64,000 nt of DNA from Octopus vulgaris (Eukaryota). Position numbers and translations under genes: made by a program. The notes under the pieces are model-generated. The model ran no database searches. It was not told the origin of the DNA and saw nothing but the letters and a program-made list of their open reading frames with translations. Where the stretch lies: positions 17,794,001 to 17,858,000 of the forward strand of contig OX597831.1 in the NCBI GenBank assembly GCA_951406725.2. The letters are read 5' to 3'. How positions within the stretch are numbered: position 1 is the stretch's first letter; every line of letters starts with the position of its first letter. This document shows positions 30,620 to 51,406 of this stretch, one piece after another.

Positions 30620-31070
30620 GAAGGGCTATTCACTTTCCTATCCACCACAGGTTACTTCGGGGAACAGATTGCTTATGCTTTGAAATTACGTGTGCTGCCC
30701 TTCGCAATATAGCCATTTTGCAAGATCTACGAGTCTTTCAATAACATAATCATTATGTGCTTCTAACTTGTCATATGTTATTGTATCAGGTCGTATGGAT
30801 TCACCCTTCGTAGATTTTTTTAATTCCGTCTTTTTCATAGCTTGTCCCACATCAGGCTTTGAAAATCTTGGGTTCATTAAGTTGAATCATGGGGGCTTTT
30901 GTGGTTTTCATACCCTAGATGACGTCTAATTTTCATCTGAAAAGCAGTCCTTTGCTGAAATGCATCCCACTTTGGAAATTGTTACTTGATTATCTGTAAT
31001 TTCTTCACCCATTTTCCCTTGATTTTTAAGTTGATTCACCCGATTTCATAATACCTTACCTTCAGCAAAC
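30620..31070 (-). mobile_element. Old LINE ORF2 fragment (region preceding the RT domain)
   Basis: LKKSTKGESIRPDTITYDKLEA resembles the 'K..KA.GPD.I..E.L' motif. Confidence 0.45.
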
Positions 31071-31145
31071 ATTATATAATTACGGTGTGTGTAAGCTTCT
31101 TTGTGTACATGTGTGTGTCTGTGAGTGTATGTGTGTGTGTGTCTG

Positions 31146-31186
<41 letters not shown>

Positions 31187-31589
31187 GCTCTTGTCATCGT
31201 GTGTGCGAGAGCTTTTGCATCAATACTGTCGCTTTTTCTGGTGATTCTAAATGTACAAATGGTTATGAAAAGAAAACATGCAAATCACCAGAATTGAAGG
31301 TTCGCCCGACTTTAAGACAAACCTCCTTGATTTAGTAACCAGTTTTAACATCCATATTTACTATAATACATTTCAAGTCAAACTAAAATCACATTAAAAT
31401 CTGAGATTAAAAATTTTAAGAATAGGGTCCTCTGTTCGGATCAGACGAAAATGTGCAATGCCATTAATGGTCCACATGTGTTGGGGAATGACTCAATGCT
31501 CAAGAAACAAAATAACGTTTCTGTCGAGCTATACATTGATATTAACAATGTGCTTATTTCCTCTTGAAATATAGTGATATTGATTTCAA

Positions 31590-31750
31590 ATTTTGGAGGA
31601 GGGCTAAGTATTTTAGATCGAACCCAGTGCTTAACTGGTATATATCTTATCGACTCTGGAGGGTGAAATCAACAGTCCACCTCGGAGGAATTTGAATTTA
31701 GAAAGGGATGTCGGATAAAATACCGCTAAGCATTTTGACCGGTGTACTGA
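31590..31750 (-). mobile_element. Degenerate SINE
   Basis: cccagtgc..actggta..atcgac..ccgctaagcattt matches the main SINE family. Confidence 0.65.
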
Positions 31751-32679
31751 TATTGAAAATTTTTTTCACATATCAATCGAGCACCATCATACATGAAAGA
31801 ATATACTTCTCATTATCAAGTGCACAGCATTGGAGCATCTGTTATCGATGAATTGTTTGATCTCTCGTTGTATTGCAATGTAGTCCTGACGTTACCGATC
31901 CCGTACGTCTGTTTATATTAAATACAATAAGAGCCGTGATACCACACTTCGAGAATGAACTATACCGGGTCGATGAGTTGAGAATAGGTCTTGGCTGTGA
32001 TGATCACACTCCAGCTAAATTTGGAAAAGGTCCATTGATACATTTAGTAAATTAGATACTGAAATCACTGTTGCCACTAATGTGACCAATATGATGTTTT
32101 AGATTTTACACTAGATTTCGATTTGCGCTCGAATCAACATTGCCAAATAAAAGAGGAAATTCTCCTATTTATAGAAATAGTTCCTCACAGACCCATAGTC
32201 AATAGTGTTTAAATTATGTTAGCTAACATCAGTATTAGGCTATCAAAAACTCTCCTTCTCAAGAAACGATGGATTAGATAATCTATTACACTTGAGATGC
32301 TGTAGCCAATAGCGGTTTCAAACATAATATATATTACAACCCTTGAAGTAAATGAATGCCACTTAAGACTAGATCTGTATTAGACTAAGGAAAAATGTGT
32401 GATTCACTCCTTTCTCACTAAAAGTCAAAACTAATCTAGGAAGTTGCTCCCACATTTAGATAAGCAAGTTCATGTAAACCATAAAAACTGGAAGATATTT
32501 TTATAGATGCTGTATTAAAATATTATACAGCTACTGGTGTGAGTAATGAAAATTATTGCTCGTAAGCACAGCTGAGAGAGCACTCTTATTTGTGACGGTC
32601 GACACACTGAAGCTTGCCCACTTCACATGAAGCGTATGATGATCTCTTTTGTATATGAGGAACAAATCACAACAAAGTT

Positions 32680-33385
32680 TCAACGTAATGTAACAGGGAA
32701 GGAAAATGATATCAGTTTCTGCAAAGGCAATTTTATGAAATTGTATACAAACCACCAGTCTATTTTAATGTATATCGAGGAAAATACAGTCACTATGTCG
32801 GTGAATTCCGTTTCATGTTTGAAAGCCAACTGCACTCGTATGATCAAGTTGATACTCACACTGAAATGCATGCGACTAGTAAACAGATCTAATAAAGCTA
32901 AAAGCAACATGGCTGAAACATCGCTCATTCTATTTAGATCTAAGAATTCCAAAGTACGTCTTAATTGTCGAAAGTTCTGGGAGACCGGCAACCTGCGAAA
33001 CTGGGGAAAACAGCGCAGATTCGTACAAATAAGAAGGGAAATGTCCCAATTATCATCGGCGATTTATCAGAAGTGGAGCAGATTAATTACGGTTCAATTC
33101 AGCCATCATCACTGAATATTTGAGTATGACGCGTGTCTGCTAAGCTTGTACCGAAACTACTTTCAGCTGACCAAAAGTTCACACAGATTTCAGTAGAACA
33201 ACATCTCTTGGATTGTGTCTAGAATGATAAAGACTATTGCGTAGGCCGCTGAGCTGGAACCTTAAAGCTTTTGGCATAATTTGATGAAGATTCTCAGCAC
33301 AACATTCTCTGCCAATATCAATGGACGATCACACATTGCACACGTTACTTCCAAGAGCTGCTGTAGACAACGGAATTGCCTTGCA
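32680..33385 (+). mobile_element. Decayed mariner transposase fragment
   Basis: RVSAKLVPKLLSADQK near 33130-33178. Confidence 0.65.
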
Positions 33386-33389
33386 GCAT

Positions 33390-34760
33390 TAGAATTTACA
33401 GCACGTGCATAACAGGTTGCTTAACCTTCGATACAGAGCTAACCGTCTTGAAACATATTGATCAGAACACGCATATACAAATACGTGCACATATTCTCTA
33501 CTTATAGAAAATGGCATACGGCGGGCTATAAAAATACCCATACAACAATTTAGGACAACCCAAGGAAGAGGACAACAAGCACAAGTCATACCATTCATAG
33601 TGACACACAACCCATGTCACCAGAATATCTTCAACATTGCCAAAGCAAACCTACCAATCATTGCCCAAAGTAATGAATTAAAAGGCATAATCACGGATCG
33701 AGCTATGGTGCTTAGTAAAAGACATTACTAACAAAGGCAAAATTTGACCTTAGCAACAAAGACCAAACATTCACGGTATCTAAATGCAATGATAGTCGAT
33801 GTGGCACATGCCAATTCATACATACCGGCCAATATATAAACACAAAAACCGGGAAAATATTCACAAACGCGAATATGAGCTGCAAAAGCAGAAATTTAAT
33901 TTACTGCATCAAATGCCCAAATTGTGAAGAAATATATGTAGGTCAGACGGGAAACGCCCTATCAGAACGCTCACGTGTACACCGACAACAGATTAGAGAC
34001 CCAGAGGTCCGTCAGATACCTTTGAGTATCCACCTAGCAACATGTGGCCGGAAAATATATATAATATTTACATTCTACAAATTACACAGCCCAAGTGAAA
34101 TCGAGAGGAAAATCAGAGAAAAAAATTTTATTGATAAATTCGAACCCAAGCGAAATAAGCAATAATAATAATACTTAGATAGCAGCGAAATTATCTTATT
34201 TAGGGTTAAAAGTTCTATTGCCACCACCATCACCACTAGCAACAATAATTAAGGTGCTGACAATGATGATGATGACAATTGAAATATAAAAATATAAAAA
34301 TCTCTGACAAAGGCTATTTACAACATTTCTAAAAATAGCCAAACAATTACTGCTTCGGCCAGGGTCAAGATACAGGACTCTTGACATGTCCAACAAAGCG
34401 TGTCGCCTAAACCAATCAGCTCAACCAACCAATCAGCTTAAGTAATTGAGTGATACTACACACTGATTGGTCAAAATACAGTTTGCAAAACCTAGCATCT
34501 GGAGCCTACCCAACTGGATTTAAAGCACATATTCAATCATCTCGCTAGAGTCAAAAATTGTGAAGCATGACTGTCACCACTACTACATGAACCTGAAGAT
34601 TGCCGAATTTAATGCATGAAAGTACTAGTTCAATCAGAATGAACATTTAACATTCTATTATTCTATATTATTTTTTTATATTATCTTATATCATTATAGG
34701 ATTGTAAATAAAACGTGAAAATCAGACAAGGTCGGAATTCCTTTTAATATATTCTTCTAT
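33390..34760 (+). mobile_element. Penelope-like GIY-YIG 3' fragment
   Basis: KCNDSRCGTC and SCKSRNLIYCIKCPNCEEIYVGQTG..LSERSRVH. Confidence 0.88.
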
Positions 34761-34794
34761 ACACAATCACACACACCCGTATATATATCTATAT

Positions 34795-34844
<50 letters not shown>

Positions 34845-37687
34845 CAAGGTAGAGTTTTACAACCAGCTTGATAGCATTCTCTCTACCCTCCCAAAGGACG
34901 AAAAGATCATTCGCTTGGGAGATTTCAACGCCAGATTTGGGAGAGATCGTGAACTCTGGACAGGAACCATCGGAAAGGAAGGAATGGGAAAAGTCAATGC
35001 CAATGGAACTCTGCTACTCACCAAATGTGCTGAACGTATCTTGGTGATAACCAACAGCCTTTTTCGCCAGAAGAATCGATATAAGGTCTCATGGCAGCAT
35101 CCAAGATCTAAAAAATGGCATCTCATCGAAGATATCATCGTGAGATCCCGAGACCAGCAAGATCTGTTGCTCACCAGAGCCACCACTGGAGCAGATGAGT
35201 GCTGGACAGATCATCGCCTCATCGCCTCCACCATGAAAATCAAACTCCGACCAAAAGTCAAATATCACAGCAAGGAAAGCAGAGTAAAGAAATTCAACAT
35301 CGAAGCACTGCAAGACCCCAAAACTCGTGTCGCTTTCCAGCTGCGCCTACAGTTCAATCTTCAAAATAAGACTCCAAATAATCTCGTCGAAGAAAATTGG
35401 AGCCATCTGAAAGAAACCATCATCACCGCTTGCGAAGAAACCATCGGTCGCAAGAAAAGGAAACACCCGGACCTGTTCGACGACAATGATGAAGCTCTCA
35501 AAGAACTGATCGACCAAAAACGGAAAGCTTACATCAGCTCACAGAATGATCCAAAGTCTGCCACTAAACGAGAGTCTTTCAAAAAGTGCAAAGCCGCAGT
35601 TCAAAAGACAACCCGTACTCTGAAGAACCAGTGGTGGGGACACAAATCTCGTGAAATCCAGCAGCTAGCAGATGTAAACGACACCAGAGTGTTCTTCAAA
35701 GCCACGAAAGAGATATACGGACCTTCCACACGTGGACAGGCTCCTCTGAAGAGTAAAGAGGGAGCGACCATCCTGAAACGCAACACCGAAATAGGAGACA
35801 GATGGAGAGAACACTTCGATGACCTCCTCAGTCACATGGCTACCATCGACAAAAGCATACATGACATGATTCCTAAAGAGGCCAAAGATAACTCTCAAGC
35901 TCGAATTCCATCCCTCGAAGAGGTCAAAATTGCTATCACAGCGATGAAGAACAACAAAGCCGCGGGTCCTGAGGGAATCCCAGCTGAGATCTAAAAACTG
36001 GGAGGTGATTTTGTGCAACACCAGCTCCACCAAATCTTGGTCAAAATCTGGACAAATAAAGTTGTACCATCCGACTTCAGGGATGCTAACATCATTACCA
36101 TTTACAAACGAAACGGCGATCGTTCTGAGTGTGGAAATTACCGGGGTATTTCCTTATTAGCAACTGCTGGGAAAATTTTTGCACGCATCCTGAACAACCG
36201 CCTCAAAACGCTGTCAGAGAGGATCCTTCCTGAGACGCACACCGGCTTTAGGCCATAACGAAGCACAACCGACATGATCTTCACGCTGCGACAGCTACAA
36301 GAAAAATGTCGTGAGCAACACCAACCGCTCTATTTGGCCTTTATCGAGCTATCCAAAGCCTTTGATCGTGTCTCGCGATAACTCCTCTGGGATATTCTCG
36401 TCCAGTATTGATGCCCAGATAAGTTCATCCCGATCCTCAAACTCCTCCACGACAATATGCACGCCAGAGTCCGGACCGACGGAGGCAGTTCTGAGCCCTT
36501 TAAAGTCACCTCCGGAGTGAAGCAAGGCTGCGTGATAGCCCCAACTCTCTTTACCATCTTTATCGCGACAGTGTTGTACATCATACGAGATGACCTTCCA
36601 CCTGGCATCGAGATCTCGTACAGAATAAACGGCAAGCTTTTCAACCTCGCTCACCTCAAAAGTACGTCAACGACAATGGCGCTAAGCTTGCTAGAGTCCC
36701 TATATGCCGACGACAACAGTGTAGCAGCCTACAGAAAGGCTCACCTCCAACAGATCCTAAATGCTTTTCGTCATGCATATACTAAACTTGGACTGAGTAT
36801 CAACATCAAGAAGACTCACTTACTCTACTAACCTCCTCCCAATGTCCGTGTTGACAACTCGCCATCGATTCAACTCGAAAAAATTCCACTGGAAAATGTG
36901 AAGCATTTCTGCTACATTGGGAGCCATCTGTCAGCAAAAGTAGACCTCAGTGATGAAATCAAACACCGTCTGAAGTGTGCAGGAACAGCTTTCGGCAACC
37001 TTCGAACATGAGTTTTTGCTGATCGGGACATCCGAACCGAAACCAAACTCATAGTGTACAGGGCAGTCATTATTCCAACCCTCCTTTACGCATCCGAAAC
37101 CTGGACCCCGTATAGTCACCACTTGAAAACGCTCGAGAAATTTCACCAACGCTGTCTTCGGAAGATCCTTAACATCACCTGGGAAGTCAGAAGAACTAAT
37201 GTCAGCGTGCAAAAATGACCAGCATCGAAGCCTTTGTCATCAAAGGTCAACTAAGATGGAGCGGCCACGTGGTTAGAATGACTGACGAACGACTTCCCAA
37301 ACAGATCTTCTACTCCCAACTCAAACACGGCAAGCGTACAAAAGCAAGCCAGAAGAAACGCTACAAGGACTCCCTGAAAACGAACCTCAAAAATTGTGAC
37401 AACGACTTCACAAACTTAGAGAAAACGGCAAAAAAACAGACCACACTGGAAAACCACAATCCATGAGGGAACGGTGACTTTCGAGTCGAAAAGATCTGTA
37501 GAACTGGAGGAGAAAAGACGAGGACGGAAGGAGCTTTAACAACAACCACGTGCGACTCTCCCTTTCGGCAGTAGATGTCCGCACTGAGACCGATCTTTTC
37601 AAGCAAGAATTGGTCTTATCGGTCACCTACGGACTCACCAGTAAATTTGCGCGAAGACCATCATCTTCGAACTTGAGGGATTGCCCT
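34845..37687 (+). mobile_element. RTE-clade LINE, 5'-truncated, disrupted
   Basis: APE motifs LGDFNAR and TDHRLI; RT motifs NYRGISLL, GVKQGCVIAPTLF and YADD; C-terminal IGLIGHLRTH. Confidence 0.93.
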
Positions 37688-37709
37688 CATATATATATAT
37701 AAATATATG

Positions 37710-41360
<3,651 letters not shown>

Positions 41361-41393
41361 TAATAATACTAATAATAATAATAATACTACTAC

Positions 41394-41449
<56 letters not shown>

Positions 41450-41452
<3 letters not shown>

Positions 41453-44310
41453 GCTAGGGCAATTGAAACCAGCTGTATGCCCCCGAAAAAACAAAGAAAA
41501 CCGAACCAGGGAAGAAATCAAACCTGGAGAAGTAATATTGAAAAAGAGATTGAATTTATGAGAGGGGAAATATCAATATTAAATGAACTAATATGTGGAA
41601 ATGATGTAAGATCCAGAACAGGAAGAAAGATGAAGAGAAAATTTGGATCCTCACCAAGAGAAGAACTGATATCAATAAAAGAAACGCTGAAACAAAAAGT
41701 CCAAGCAAAAGCCCAAAGAATACGAAGATTTGAGAAGAGAAACAAGTTTTACAAGCAAAATAAGCTGTTCACATCCAATGCCAAAAAATTCTACAGAGAA
41801 ATAGGGAAGGAGAAAGTAACCGTTAAAGACCCCCCTCCCATGGAAGAAGTTCAAAACTTTTGGAAAAGGATTTGGAGTGACAAGAAGACGTACAACATAA
41901 ATGCAGACTTGATTATACAAACTGAAGGATCCTACCAAAATTTACAACAACAAGCATGGGAAGATATCACAATAGCTGACCTAAGAAAGGCACTCACGAA
42001 GGCCCATAATTGGAAATCCCCCAGTAAAGATAGGGTGCCGAATTTCTGGCTCGCATCGCTCCCGTGCGCACACGCTAAGCTAGTTCAGTTGCTCAATGGA
42101 ATTATGAGAGACCCAAAGAGAACACCTGAATGGTTAGCAAGTGGCATTACTTACCTACTCCCAAAAAATAACGAAACCAACCTTCCAAAAAACTATCGGC
42201 CTATAACCTGTCTATCCACCACGTATAAAATCCTAACATCTATCCTGGCGGAGAAAACATATGCATTCATGGAGAAGAACGATATTTTCCCACTGAACAA
42301 AAAGGGTGCCGCCGAGGCTCTTACGGATGCAAAGATCAACTGCTAATCAATCGTATGATCCTTGAGAACTGTCACAACAAGCGCAGAAATCTCAGCACCG
42401 CATGGATTGACCATAAAAAGGCCTTCGACAGTATACCGCATCCATGGATCTTGAGATCGCTGGACATCTTCAAAATTTCCCCTGTGATTTCAAACTTCCT
42501 GAAGCACAAAATGTCGTTGTGGAATACGAATCTCTAATTATACCACTCTAATGGAGTACTTGCCTCAGAAAATATAAACATCAACTGTGGAATTTTTCAA
42601 GGTGACTCACTTTCACCTTTAATATTCTGCATAGCCCTAATACCCCTTACAAGTGAATTAAACAGAACAGGGTATGGGTATAAAATTGCCAATAAAAAAT
42701 TAAGCCATCTATTTTATATGGATGACTTAAAACTTTATGGTAAAGACAATAATGAACTTGAAGTCCTATTGCGCACCGTGAAATCATTCAGCGATGACAT
42801 CGGGATGGAGTTTGGACTTGAGAAGTGTGCCAAGGCCACTTTCCAGAAAGAGAAAATCAGGAAGGAATGTTATAGGAGAGTTCGTGCAGTCATGAAATCT
42901 GAACTAAATGCACGTAACAAGGTGTTAGCTATAAATTCCCTAGCAGTTCCAGTTGTTACTTATAGCTACAATGTGTTGAACTGGAATATGAGTGAAGTAA
43001 AGAATATAGATAGAAAAATACGCAAGCTGCTGAGTTGTAATATGATGCACCACCCAAAGGCAGACGTAGATCGCCTTTACCTTCCCAGAGCCCAAGGAGG
43101 TCGAGGCCTGATCTAATTTGAACTAGCTTACAAAACAACCACAATTGGACTGGCCAAATATCTCGAAATATCGAATGACTGGATGCTAAATCTCGTGGAA
43201 AATCACGAGAGACGAAAGAAGCTTCATTCTATCATCAAGGAAAGCAAAAAATTTGCTATTGATCTCGTGCAGGATACCCAAACTGAACAACCCGAAGGAA
43301 GTATGGCAACTATTGTTGCAAAGAAGGTGAAAATGATGGCAATGAAAAAAGCGCACGAGCAATTGGCTGATAGGTGGGAGGAGAAACGTCTGCACGGCAA
43401 ATATGTGACCCGCAGCAAACAAGCTGATGTTGACAAGAAGCAAACCCATCAGTGGCTGCGGAGCTCAGGGCTAAAAGCAGAGAGCGAAGGTTTCCTCCTG
43501 GCTGCTCAAGACCAAAACCTATCAACCCGGAACTACCAGGCCAATGTGATGAAAAATGGAGCAGACCCAAAATGCCGATTCTGCAACGACATGATTGAAA
43601 CAGTGGACCACCTAATCTCTGGATGTAAAGTCTTAGCACCAGTGGAGTATAAATTAAGACATGACAGAGTTGGCCAATATCTCCACTGGCTAATAAGTCG
43701 GCATTACAATATCAAAACTGCCGACAAGTGGTACAATCACCACCCTGAGGCTGTAACTGAAGGAGAAAATGTAACCATTCTGTGGGACTTTCCAGTACAT
43801 ACAGACCGATACATTAAGGCCAATAAACCAGATATTGTTGTGAAAGACCAAAACAATAAAGTTTGCTTATTGATCGACATGAGCATCCCCTGTGATCATA
43901 ATATCTCAGCGAAAGTGTTTGACAAGCTCAGAAAATATAAAGACCTACTCATTGAAATTGAGAAAATGTGGCATCTCAAGGCGGTTACAATACCAGTGAT
44001 CGTAGGAGCACTAGGAATGATCAAGAAGGTAACCGAAAATTATATGAGAATGATCCCTGGCTTACCATCCCTGCAAGAAGTGCAAAAGATTGTCTTAACT
44101 GGTACATCACACGTATTGAGAAGAGCATTGTCGATGTGAGAACTGTTGCTGCTCATGCATTTTAATTTAACATTAAAAAAAAAAAAAAAATGAACGAACT
44201 ACTGAGTTTGGTTTAATGGCCTACCAATATACACTATGAGTTTCTTTGCCCTAGGAGTCGGGAAGACACTCGGCAAGAAATGGAAGAAAATTGGAAAGAA
44301 GAAAAAAAAA
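41450..44310 (+). mobile_element. R4/Dong-clade LINE, copy 2 (5'-truncated, with an internal deletion)
   Basis: Same motifs (YMDDLKL, CRFC..H..C, RHD, KPDIV); (TAA)n on both sides. Confidence 0.92.
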
Positions 44311-44891
44311 GTAATAATAATAATAATGATAATAGTAATAAAACTATGGTAACACAAGAATGAATGAATCATCGATATTATGTGAATAGAGGAATTTATC
44401 TATAAATATAATATAGGACAATCCTTTGTCATAATATTACTCAGAGTTTCAGACGCTGAGGCTGTCTAGTAGCTTTTAGCCCCGTCATTAGAATCTCTTG
44501 AGTATTATTATGACAGCCAACTGATTGTCGTATATTATAAATATATACGTATATCCCTGAAATTCTAGGTCTTCCCACTTCACCATTGTTCGGCAAATAC
44601 CAAAGAGAGAGAATGAACACAAATGACAGAAGTTTCGGTACGATATCCAATGCACTAGAGTTGGGAGAGATTGTAATAAGGTGAAATTGGCATGGGCAAA
44701 GCTGACTTCAGCTTGTTTACCGATGGCTACCACGTTTCCTGTCCAATATATTGCCGCTGTAAAATTTTCTGGTCAACGTGTACTGTATATTATGAGGTAA
44801 ACAATCATGTTGGCATTCAGTAAAATTCAAGCGAAACATCAATGGTAGTACTGAAATGCGACTTGTGCTTATATTTTATAAGTACGCCGCA

Positions 44892-45113
44892 GGCTGCGAG
44901 CTAGTAGAATCGTTAGCACGCCGGGTGAAATGCTTGGCAGTATTTTGTCTGCCGCTACGTTCAAATCCCGCCGAGGTCGACTTTGCCTTTCATCCTCTCG
45001 GGGTCGATAATTAAAGTATCAGTTTCACACTATGTCGATGTAATCGATTTAATCCCTTTATCTGTACTTGTTTGTCCCTTCTATGTTTAGCCCCTTGTGG
45101 GCAATAAAGAAAT
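44892..45113 (+). mobile_element. tRNA-derived SINE with a long TSD
   Basis: Flanked by tatattttataagtacgc(c/t)gca at 44870 and 45115. Confidence 0.9.
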
Positions 45114-45613
45114 ATATATTTTATAAGTACGCTGCATCTCTGAATCACTTATAAACCGAATGTATGGTCGTATATTGTATTTTGTATATTCGTATCTAAG
45201 TTTTCAATGTTTGTAAAGTATAATGTAACGTTGGTGATACCTGATAGAGTACTTCTAAAATCTATTTTACAATGTCAGTTATCAAACATGAATACGTAAT
45301 TGAGATGAAATTGTGCATATCTACTAAATTAGGAATAATCTGGTTAAAAAGTCAAATAAAATTATTCACCCAAGCACATTTGAAAATAACATAACGAATC
45401 ATAAATGTTCAGATTGATATTAATTGTTTTATTTTCCATCGTAATCACCATTTGATATCAAATATCAAATTTATGGGAAATATGCAAAACAAATACATAT
45501 GATTACATTTTAAATGCTTAATTATTCCTAAAACTGTTACATTTCAAATATTGAAGATCGAATCATCGAAAAGATTTAGTTAACGCATGGAATGTCTCAT
45601 TGCATTCATGTAT

Positions 45614-49260
<3,647 letters not shown>

Positions 49261-49928
49261 GGGTCGATTCTAGGTGTCAAACAACTGAATAAACTTTTGT
49301 AGCCCCTGGAAAAAGCAGATATATTTTAAAACGATCTTTCAAAATTTCCATAGAAACTGATCGATTTTGTAAATTCTATTCGATGTAACCGAAATTCACA
49401 GTTAGTATGAACACGAGCATATTTCTACTCATCTTCCTTTGCTATTCCCCCCGCCACAAACACAAACACAAACACGCACAAACAAACACACATACACAAG
49501 GAACGCCTGTTGCAATACGCTTTCAGTTCCCTCCTTTCTTTGCGCCATACGTAGCTGGTCAGGATGTAAGGTTTGCTTTGCAGACAGGGCAAGAATCCTC
49601 AAAAGGAAATGAATTAAACATTCTGGAAATTTATATTTTTTGAAGGCAGCTTTCTAAAATGTTTTATCCTAAACATTCGGATTCTCCAATCGCTGAGGAG
49701 TGCCACCGTAGATCCTCACGATAATACCACGGCAAGAGCCCATGCAAGGGGAATAACTCCAGACAGCCTGCAGCAGGTAGAAATAATTTTGTTTATAAAA
49801 CAACCTAAAAGCAACGTATTTCTCCCTCCAGATCTCAGGTTTGAGATTATGGACATCAGGTTATTGACCACAGGGCTGTCAAGTGCCTTATAGATGTGAG
49901 ACTAATAGTCACTGTATGCATGGCTAGA

Positions 49929-49982
<54 letters not shown>

Positions 49983-49984
49983 CT

Positions 49985-50310
49985 TAGAATAACTTAGAAA
50001 GGTTTTGGCCAGTATTGGCCCAGGCCATGTCTAACTTAATAGCACCACCTGGTGAAGTCTTTCAGTTCAGGATTTGGGCACCAAGGCCCATTCGAGCAGA
50101 GAGTTATTGTTTGCGGAGACATATCCGGGTGTGGGTGGTTTGTCCGGGACTGTTTGAAGGAATTTGTCCAAAGACTTCTTGAATTTTGTGTGGTCAGTTT
50201 CTTTTTTGACGTGCCCTGGTGTAATGTTGAAGAGAGCAGGTCCAATTGAGGTGAAATAGTTGTGCCGTATTGTCGTTATGTGATGCGATTTTGATATTTA
50301 GATTTTGAGT
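49985..50310 (-). mobile_element. CR1-like LINE 3' fragment
   Basis: GPALFNITP..FKKSLDKFLQTVPDKP read on the minus strand, similar to the 3' end at 2900-3100. Confidence 0.6.
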
Positions 50311-50438
50311 GAGAATCTTTTAAAAAAACAAAGGACGAAGACGGGTGTGTAACCGTCAAAATATGTATTAGTTTAGCACTCACGAAGTGAGAAAGTCTTT
50401 CACGTTTCGAACCTACGCTCTTTGACAGAACGGTGCAC

Positions 50439-50558
<120 letters not shown>

Positions 50559-50581
50559 GTATGTATGTATGTATGTATATA

Positions 50582-50641
<60 letters not shown>

Positions 50642-50866
50642 ATAATGAGACAGAGAGAGGGAGAAAGAGAGCCACAATTTCAGATCCACAAAGATCAGAA
50701 CTGGGATATGCAATGTATGTGGCTGTATTTTCAAAGCATTGTCTTGTATAAAAAAATTACTGCAGGTGCCATTATGGTTATATGTTTTAGGTACAGGAAG
50801 AGGTCAAACTCTGCACAAAGCTCAGACAACCATCATTTATACATACATTCATACATACATACATAA

Positions 50867-50897
<31 letters not shown>

Positions 50898-51406
50898 CAT
50901 ACATACATACATACATACATACATACATACATACATAAGTGTAAATATCTAACGATCGAAATGTAGGAAAATTGTAAATTTTAAGGAATCCATGGCAAGA
51001 ATATTAAACAAAAAATCAAATGTGCACCTTCATAAAATGTTAATACATTTTTACCCACAATCCAATTACGTTGAATTTCGATTGGCTAAATATTTCTGTA
51101 TAGCTCATGGTTGGCAAATACGAGTTCGTATATAAATCCTAATTTATGTACTGGAACATGTAAAATCTAGAATACATATGGGTACTACCTAGCAGATCCT
51201 CTGATGTAATAATCACTAAACGAGGTGTACTCAGCCACCTTCTCATCAGGCCGAGGATACATTAATGATATGAAGGTTACATTGTCGTTTCGTAATCTCA
51301 AGTCGACAAATACATAATCTGCCATGAATTTGTAAATCAAATATAGATTTGTATGAGTTTTTGCAGGTAATTGCATATATAAATAGTTGCGTTTATAAGA
51401 ATTATT

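Noticed and set aside
31800-32050. EIKQFIDNR on the minus strand, similar to a Helitron Rep motif
   Set aside because: A single short motif with no supporting context.
44441-44756. Minus-strand acceptor followed by short ORFs (a CPC motif and a GPI-signal-like hydrophobic stretch)
   Set aside because: The frames are inconsistent, and I could not align it to B1 or B2 or link it convincingly to the B3 exons.
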